Positions 36,532 to 44,259 of a stretch of DNA of 44,259 bases are shown in pieces. The notes beneath the pieces were generated by a model, which saw only the letters and a list, made by a program, of their open reading frames with translations, was not told the DNA's origin and ran no database searches. The position numbers and the translations under genes are program-made. Source of the DNA: Eremomyces bilateralis CBS 781.70. Lineage: Eukaryota. Position 1 is the first letter of the stretch. Each line of letters opens with the position of its first letter. The stretch lies in the NCBI GenBank assembly GCA_010015585.1, contig ML975179.1; one strand, written 5' to 3'.

Positions 36532-38104
36532 CTATCCTTCTAGGTCCGCTCCGCTGACCAGCTGTTGCAACACGTCCCCAAAGAACCAGTTCTTATATTG
36601 ACTACCAGCAGAGCCATACTGCAATATGCGCTTATAGAGATCCAACAAAAGGAAAGCCCCTCTAACGCTTCGTGTGCTGGCGCTTAAGCGGTCGTCTGGT
36701 CCTACGTTGGTCTAATGCCAGAGCAACGTTAGCAACAAGAACTAAAAGAGGGGGTTGGGGGGATTTACCGTGTTTTCATCACTGTCGATCCATGCATAGT
36801 AGATTTGGTGATCGTGCCCAACAATTGTCGCTCCGGGTTCAGGGAAAACCTTCACACAATCCTGTGTTTCCGAAGCTGTCCCTTCTTTGGCCCCAGTACT
36901 AGCGAAGCGCTGTGCTGTCTCAACCAAGCGAGCCTTGTTCCGTAGACTTGCCGCGAGCCAGACACTCAGTTGAAGTTCTGCCTGTGCATGACCTCCATCA
37001 CTAGGCTTTACCTCAATTCCAGAGAATAAAGCTGTCCGCTTCGTGAACGAGTCCCTTGTATGCCCCAAACGGTCTCGCATTCCATTCCGCGCCAATTTCT
37101 CATATAACTCGCTCGTCGCCGGATCTTTATGCGAATATGATAGAACGTAGTCGGTTTTGCGCTCAATGAGTGCGTTCGATGCCGTTCGGCTCAGGAAATT
37201 GGTTTGGACCCGCTGGGATTGTCTGCACCGATAGATTAGATTCAACTCTGATCTTTCCGAGTTGTGTCTACTTACACGCTCTGCAGAAGCCACTCATTTG
37301 ATACACTTTCCTTGAGAGCTAACTCTAGAAGCGGTTGGATGACATCCATGCACCAAGCATTCTCATCTCGATGATTCTGCTCACAGTCCCGAGCATTGGC
37401 AACGATCCTCTGAATATTATCAAGAAGAGAAAGTATATCTTTGGGAGCGCGTTGATCCGTTTCGTCGTAGGCGTCATCGTCGATTTCGTCCACAAGATCT
37501 GGATCGGACGAGATGACCTCCTAGAAGAAAGTCAGATAGGACCCGCGCGGACAGATTTGCAGGGACATACCTTAAGACCTGCTGGAAGGAAGCTTCGGCC
37601 AAAGTTAGTTATGAGAAGCTTTCTCAATCCCCGCACTTGTTTGGGGATATCCGCTCTGATGAGACTGTCAGTTTGGATTGAAGGTACTGAAGTTCTCAGC
37701 TCGATGGCATGATCTCGTGTGGGGCTGTTGTTTCGTTTCGGACTGGAACCTGAGCCTAGTGATGTTGCACTGAGCACCGTGCGACTGTCGAGGACCGCAA
37801 TATTCCTAGAGCTAGAGCTGAGGACTGTATCACTATCTTGGCCTCGCTGCCTCTTCCGTGGACTCGAGGAACGCTCGGTTGCAGGCAATGAAAGACGTTG
37901 CTTGCGCCTCGTCGGGTTTTTCACGGATGAGGGAGGAGTTACGGTCTGGAGTGGGTGATACAAGAGTGGCTTGGAGGACCACGACAATCGGACAGGACTG
38001 GACTGCAGCGCAGAGCTCTTCGAATCCTTAGCGTCTCGGTGACGGGAACTCGGGATCGCTCTCTGTGTGTTTTCAATCCATGAAGCAATATCAGCAGGTT
38101 CCAT
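36532..38104 (-). CDS. Fungal PD-(D/E)XK nuclease-like protein, 4 exons
   Basis: Exons 38104-37571, 37520-37276, 37222-36769 and 36711-36532 join in frame. Motifs: ENAWCMDVIQPLL, KTDY, SGIEVK...AELQLSVWLAA, VGHDH and C-terminal STRSVRGAFLLL...YKNWF. Confidence 0.78.
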
Positions 38105-38686
38105 AGGTGGACAATGACGGCTGGCGGCGTTCTTTATGTCCGAATACTAGAAGTGAGAGAGATTCATACGCACGTCAGGCCTCTCAGTGAGGCCCATGTG
38201 GGGTATACTTGATGTTGATGTCGCAGGAAACATGACATTCCCGCAATAAACAAAGCGAGTCACGTGTTAAGCCTCGGTTTTCCAGGCATGAACGCACAGT
38301 GCGGTCAAGTGCAGTGGCGATGAAAGAGACGTGTCGCGACCGCACACGGGTCGCTGGCGATGGGCGTAGCATCCACTACCGTCGCCAGTACCGACCGTGT
38401 CTACTGCCTCCGTTGGGCAGGGTGTTTTTTCATCAAGGGAGGCCATCAAGGAATGTGGGAGATGAAAACCATCCGATGGGGATCTATCTAGCCTGCAACT
38501 AGATCCTGAAGTCTAACTTATTATTAGGCGGATGAGGACGCGTCCTAGATCCCCAACAGGACACCCTTGGGCTCGAATCGGCTCTGGGATCGCCTCGCTG
38601 GCGAGTAGTCCGTGGGTGGTGAGGGTTTGAGATATTCCTAATCCTTATCTCAGTTGGGACTCAGCTGCCAGATGATGGATGGTCCT

Positions 38687-38748
38687 GCGCGTACACGTCC
38701 CCGGTTTCTACGCGTACACGTTCCCAAATACTAGACGTACACGTCCCC
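38687..38748. repeat. Three 23-bp-period repeats (core CGTACACGTYCCC), likely MULE terminal/subterminal repeats
   Basis: Cores at 38690, 38713 and 38736, about 130 bp beyond the transposase stop (38876). Confidence 0.7.
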
Positions 38749-38946
38749 AAAGATGGTTAGCCTACTAATTTCTGTGACCACCAACTCGCTCAACGTGCAA
38801 CTGCAGAACTCGCGGAAATGGTGATGTAGAGATAGATATATAATAGAGAAATGAACGTGTAGTATACAAGATATATCATAAGTCGAGAGTCATAAAAACT
38901 CCACCATCTGAGGTCCTTTGGATCGCTCCACGAGTCGCTCCTGTAC

Positions 38947-38999
38947 CACGCCTTTGATTTGCTCCCCTCGCACGCCTTGGATTTGCTCCCCTCGCACGT
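38947..38999 (-). repeat. 24-bp tandem repeat encoding RRARGAN(P/Q) in the MULE transposase tail
   Basis: CACGCCTTKGATTTGCTCCCCTCG x2 plus a partial third copy. Confidence 0.85.
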
Positions 39000-40526
39000 C
39001 TTTGCCTTGGTATAGGCTGTGGGCGTGGAGCACGATTAGCCTCTCGATCTGCGGTTTCAAATCCAACCTCTTCGCAATGAGAGGACGTTCCACGCGGTGT
39101 AGGCGTAGACTGCGAGGCTTGGAGTTCACCAGATGGAGAGACCAAGACAATGCCCTGTAGCTTTGGCTGGCGAACGGTCCGCTGAGAGGTAGGAATTGCA
39201 GGCTCTCGAAGATGACGGAATGGATCCTGTGCAGGACCGAAGACAGGCTTCCTGAAATATAGCCAGTGCTCATCAATCAAGGAAAGGGGAATCTGCCAGT
39301 CTCTAATCCGCCGGAGGTTCTCGCTAATAGTATGGGAGCACGGTAGGCCCATCGATTTAGCAAAAGTCCCTGTACAAGGCTGGAGAGGTATAGGGCGGGT
39401 AAGGAGAGTCGCGCGAGCTAATTGAGTCTGTTCCATCAGCTAATTCAAGGCCGGTTTGGAGACCCTGTCGAGGAGGTCGTCAGAGATGACTGAATTACAT
39501 CTCCACCGCGTTAAAGTCCTAATAGAGGCCGTATCGTTGGCGGCAATAGACTCATTGGCGTTCTGTACGACTGCCTGGAGTATCAGAGTAGTCACATTCA
39601 TCAAATCTTCTTTTGCTTCTGTAACGTGCTGCTTGATCACGCCGTGAGCGCATAGTTAGCAAAATTCCCGAACTCAAAGTATGTGTTAGAACCGCGGAGT
39701 CTCCATTATAGCCATTTCCAGAGATATCAACGTACGTATCTCATAGCTCGATCTCACTTTGATCTCCGCGGTTTTAAAGCCACTTACCTTCTTAAAATCT
39801 TTCAGAAATTGAGCACGGAGCTTCCTCATGTCCTCCCTTTGCGCCTTTGTCTGATATAAGATATCAAGATGTCTTGGAAGTACGAACTTTCGCGTGAGAT
39901 TGGTATTAACATTCATAAAGATATGCCAATTACATAGATGGCGCGGAATCCCGGCGAAAACGAGCTCGGGTGCATTGATCAAGGCGTCCTCGCTATCCGT
40001 GAGTATTAGACGTGGAAGAAGTATACCTATGGCACTTTTGAGCTGACTTAATACCCAAATATAGTCGTCTTCGGTTTCTCCCTTCATAAAGGCGAACGCG
40101 ATATCAAAGTTTGTCTTTGATGCCGTTGCCCCAACGGCATGGAAGAGAGGCATCTTGTACTTATTAGGGCTTGTCTACTTCGTAGCTGGCAGGTTTAAGA
40201 AGCAGGGGCCAGGTGGGCGTTTTGGCTTCTCTATTATCACGAGCGTAGCGAGTTACTTAAGTGGTATTGGTAGAATCAAAAACTTTTTATTGCCCTCTCA
40301 TTGGCTAGACAGGGGTTCGCGAAAGGAAACCACGTGATTTATGAGAGGAAACCACGTGATTTCGATGCTTTTTACTGTTTACTTTCTGTCGCTCTCTTTC
40401 CTCTCCACCACTCTTCCCACATGGGCCTCGCAGGGAGGCCTAACGGGCGTAGGGATACCAATCAATCAATCTACTTCTTATTCCTGATCTACCACTTACT
40501 TATCCTTCTATTATTACGCCTCCGAC

Positions 40527-43500
40527 ATGTCATCTTCTGGAGACGCCGGTGGTAGAGTATGCTCGAATTGTAGGTCCTGGAGGGTTGATAAGGAGTTTAC
40601 TTCGAAGCGTCGCCGACTACTGGTCAAGAAGTGCTGGCGATGTCGTTACGGCCACGATCATGGTGATGCTGTAGGTAGAGTGAATGATTCGAATACGTTC
40701 AAGCTGACATCATTAGACCCCCTATCTTCGACCCGCCGCTACGTCTACGCGAGACGCCTCGTCCTCGCAACCAACCGACACTGAGGACGATAGGTCTTGG
40801 AGGCGGGAGGCTTCCCTATTCCACCGTGCCGGAATACATAGCCAAGACGATGGGGATAGAGCCGCTGCTCGCAGGGAGTATAATGCTATGTCACGGGCTC
40901 ATCGCGCTGCTACTCGTCTACACCGTAATGTCCAGCCGCTACCAACGTTCGGGGATTATCTCCAACGACGGAGGCTATCACCTTCACATCAACCGCAATC
41001 AGGTCAAGGTGCTCCTGATGATGGCGACAACGGGTTTAGGCGTCTAAGTCCGATCTCCTTGGCCGGGTTATCCCAAATTCAGGGCGATGAGCAACCCCGT
41101 ACACGTCATCAGGAAGATGAGCAACGCGATCGTACACGTCAACGGACAGATGAGCAAAGCGATCGTACACGTCAACGGAGAGATGAGCAACGCAATCGTA
41201 CACGTCAACAGCGAGATGATGGTCGTACAGAAGCACTTCAGCGCGGAGATGTTCGCCTCGATCCCCAGTCCCGGGATTTCAACATCCAGGATGCCAATCT
41301 TTCCGAGCAGGATTGGGGATACGTTAAGGCCTTCCACCAGGAGATGGCTAGTTTGAACCTTGAGCACTGCGCCCAATGTGACGAAAAATGGTTTGATATG
41401 CGTCTCGTGGATGGTATATGTCATCGATGTAGGATCGACGATAGGAAACGAGGCGATTTACCACCGCTGTATTCCGCAGAGAATCATTTAAATCCTGGTC
41501 TGGGCCCGTCGCATCACAATCTTCCTGAGTTATCTCAAGTAGAGGAGCTCCTTATCGCCCGTGTCCATTGTGCTGTGGAGGTTCGAAAGGTTAACGGTCT
41601 TCAGTACCGTTATACAGGACATATCATCAACTTTATGAGAGACGTGGGGCGTGTATACAATCGACTACCTCTCCTTCCGAAAGACCTTGAGATCGTTGTC
41701 CTTCGCCCTGCGAATTGGGATCAGGATCCCCGTATGCAGCGCCAGTTTCGACGCGACTACCGTGTTCGCCGTACTGTCATCGAGCAGTGGCTAACCCATC
41801 TCAAGGTTCACCCCCCTAGATATCTGTCGTGAGCAGTTGCTAACCCATCTAAAGGTTTACCACCCCGGATATCGCGATGTCGTCGTCGACCCTAGCCGCG
41901 TGCAGCATCTTCCTATTGATGATAGTATTATGGAAGAGGTCGGCGTCCAGACTATTGAGGAAGAAGAGCTAGGAGGCGGCGATGACGATACGGGAGACGA
42001 GGTAGATTACGTCGCCGTAGTCCCGGATCTCCTCCAACCCCAGACGGAGATGGAGCAACTTCGGCAGCATGTCGATGATGCTCATGAACGTCGACGTGAG
42101 CATCTGACGATGCCTGAGTTTAGATTGACTCCTCTATCTGAGTTTAACCACTCTCAGGCTCTTCTAAGCCTGGCGTTCCCAAGCTGCTTCCCCTGCGGTA
42201 TTGGGGACTTCGTTCATCCCCGTCTCCGTAAGGTAGAGTATCGTGAATATATTAAGCATCTGATGAGGTTCCACGATGGTCGCTTTGCGAAACATCCGCG
42301 CCTACGGTATGTCCTTTTTAACACTCTTTTCCGGAAACAGGTCAGTACCCGTGCATCTTACTTCGTTCGTCAACGTCCTGAGCATAATGATCTATCTCTT
42401 GAGGAACTCCGTGCTGCTTTTGCGGATGACTCTCCTGAAGCCCAGGCCCTTCTGAACTCTATTATCCGTTTTTCAGGGAGTCTACGCGGCACGCGGCCCT
42501 ATTGGATTGGGCGTGGTAAGCAGCTTGAAGCTACCGTGCAATGGTTTGGGTCTCCCGACATCTTTTTAACGCTGTCGGCCGCCGATTACCACTGGGATGA
42601 TCTACAGCGTCATTTACCTCAATATGAGGAGTGGCGTAATGGATCTCCAGCGGAGCGGATCTCAATCTCACGCCGGAACCTCCGAGACTATCCCCATATC
42701 GCCGCCTTCCTCTTTCATCGGCGCCGTGAGGCTCTCTACAAGAATTTAGTAGATCCTAAGTTTAACATCCGCGATCAATGGGGCCGATACGAGTGGCAGG
42801 GTCGCGGCTCGTCGCACTCACATTTCCTCCTCTGGCTAGACCGTGCCTGCCCTAACAGCGAGCTTGATCGTATCCCTACGGAGGATCTCCCTGCCGCCCT
42901 TGAGAAATTTGCGCAGTTCTGGGGCGGTCACATCACGGCGTTAAACCCCGAACCTTCCCGTCGGGTGCGACCAGAGGATGAGCGGAGTGCTATCGCGCTA
43001 AGTCCCCACACCCAGGAGAATATACTGGCCCATTACTCGGCTATCATCAACCGTGTACAGAGGCACCACTGCAGTGATGCGTACTGCCTCCGTACGAATA
43101 AACGCACTGACCGGAAGGAGTGTCGTTTCTACGCCCCATGGCGGATCCGGGATGTGCCTGTGGTTACGAAGGATGAAGGCAACCCTAGGTTCTTTAACTT
43201 TCGCGGTATCCGGAACGATGATCGGTTAAATCACAGCAACCCTGCCCTTATCACAGCCTGGCTTGCGAATATCGATATCACGCCCTGTACAGGGAGTCGA
43301 GCAGTATTAGCGTATCTTGGAAAGTACTGCTCAAAACCAGAGAAGAAGACGGCCACCTTCCACGATATCCTAAAACATCTCCTAACGATCGTTCCCGAAC
43401 ATACGCGCCGGCCATTCCTTTCGCTGACCACGAAGATTATGAATCGTCTAATTGGTGAGCGGGATTGGTCAGCCCAGGAGGTTTCCCATATTCTTCTTGA

Positions 43501-44259
43501 TCTCCCCCTCCAAGTCTCTTCACGCGTGGTGATTTCCGTCGATTGTCGCCCGGAGGTGGAGCAGCCCCAAGGAATTGAAATCCAGGACGATGGGACTATC
43601 CAGAGCGGCCTCTCCCCTCTTCAAAAGTATAAGCAAAGACCTGAAGCGTTTAACGACATTTCCTATCTTGAGTTTCTACGTTGCTATGAATTCGCACGGG
43701 TTAACTCAATTCGGAAGAGAGGAGAAGGGAAGGAGCGGGCGTTAAATTACTTCCCCCGATATTCATCGGTCGGCGATACCCGCGAAGACTGGTGTCGCGT
43801 TAAACTGATGCTACATCACCCCTTCCGCCGTATGGATGATCTCCTCCGGCCCGAGCTTGATGGTCTGCTTTTTGCGTCGTATTCTGAGGTGTATTCCGCG
43901 TCTTGCGTGAATGGTCAGCATAACCATCCGGTGGATCATTACGACCCTATTGTTCTTGCGGACGAGGATGAGTTTGAAGAAGGCGCCAATGAGGAGGAGG
44001 ATCAGCAAGGGAGCTGGGATGAGCTCGCCGGTCAACTGCCTGGTCGCGATAGAACCGTTCTAGAGGACCCAGATGCCCTTGGTCAACGACCTCTTGACCG
44101 TGAGTACGATTGGGCGTCCCATGTCGGGAAGTATGAGATTACGAAGGAGTGGTGGGCCACTGCAAAGGCCCAGTATCCCTATATTCATGAAGCTGTTCCC
44201 TTCGCACCTGATACCGTTGAAAAGCTGAACGCTAAACAACGTATAACATACGATATCCT
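40527..44259 (+). CDS. Helitron Rep(HUH)-Pif1 helicase protein, 3'-partial, predicted introns 40671-40716 and 41806-41854
   Basis: N-terminal CxxC..CxxC, a second Cys cluster CAQC..CHRC, LPELSQVEELLIARVH and LAFPSCFPCG...HDGRFAKHP. Rep motif 1 is IFLTLSAAD, motif 2 is EWQGRGSSHSHFLLW (42791-42835) and motif 3 is YLGKYCSK (43313-43336). RDWSAQE follows, and LNAKQ at the window end probably starts the helicase. The frame from 41855 is open to 44259 by my translation and is absent from the ORF track because it has no stop. Confidence 0.9.
41086..41229 (+). repeat. ~33-bp coding tandem repeat (DEQxxRTRQxx) x ~4.5 in the RepHel N-terminal region
   Basis: Units start at 41086, 41116, 41149 and 41182, with a partial unit at 41215. 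Confidence 0.9.
41774..41873 (+). repeat. ~49-50-bp tandem duplication within RepHel spanning an AAG|GT site
   Basis: 41782-41824 versus 41831-41873: 37 of 43 nt identical by hand alignment. Confidence 0.92.

Larger units (their letters stand above)
38687..40166 (-). mobile_element. Decayed Mutator-like (MULE) DNA transposon, 3' part; interrupted at ~40166
   Basis: Transposase motifs NKYKMPLF, AFAFMKGETEDDYIW, ILTDSEDALINA, HLCNWHI, FGN and SWIM-like CTGTFAKSMGLPCSH, with internal stops and frameshifts. A repeat array at 38687-38748 is the likely terminus. Confidence 0.85.
40167..44259 (+). mobile_element. Helentron/Helitron2-type rolling-circle transposon (left end to window end) nested in the MULE
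   Basis: MULE coding homology stops abruptly at ~40166. A short hairpin and a ~360-bp leader follow, then a RepHel gene. The exact left junction is uncertain by a few bases. Confidence 0.88.

Noticed and set aside
38477..38554. GGGGATCTA/TAGATCCCC inverted pair and AGGACGCGTCCT palindrome as a MITE
   Set aside because: The arms are only 9 bp with no evident TSD, which is within chance expectation.
28539..41229. Repeat arrays as possible CRISPR
   Set aside because: The sequence is eukaryotic, the repeats are contiguous without unique spacers, and no cas genes are present.
29000..44259. Possible Starship giant transposon
   Set aside because: No tyrosine-recombinase captain (DUF3435) is recognisable in the window. 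The region could still be cargo of an element whose captain lies outside it.

Overview
Eukaryotic, intron-rich DNA from a filamentous ascomycete (short GT-AG introns, CTAAC/CTGAC branch points; taxon inferred, not searched). The left ~28 kb holds mostly core genes: SET9 (partial), RFC5, a Cys-rich secreted protein, a DGAT1/ARE-type MBOAT, a Baeyer-Villiger-type monooxygenase, a DUF3445/HRQ protein, a decayed amino-acid permease, peroxisomal ABC transporter PXA2, an NFKBIL1-like protein, a 4-exon complex I B8/NDUFA2 gene missing from the ORF track, signal peptide peptidase and STE11. The right ~15 kb looks accessory: decayed ORF remnants, a BBE-like FAD oxidase, a disrupted metallo-beta-lactamase-fold gene, a 5'-truncated rhomboid, a PD-(D/E)XK nuclease-like gene and a decayed Mutator (MULE) transposase. 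The MULE is interrupted by a Helentron/Helitron2-type Rep-helicase element that runs off the window end. The most notable observation lies in that RepHel gene: a ~49-nt tandem duplication spanning AAG|GT creates an apparent new intron (41806-41854) whose removal restores the frame. All family assignments come from motif recognition by eye; no searches were run.
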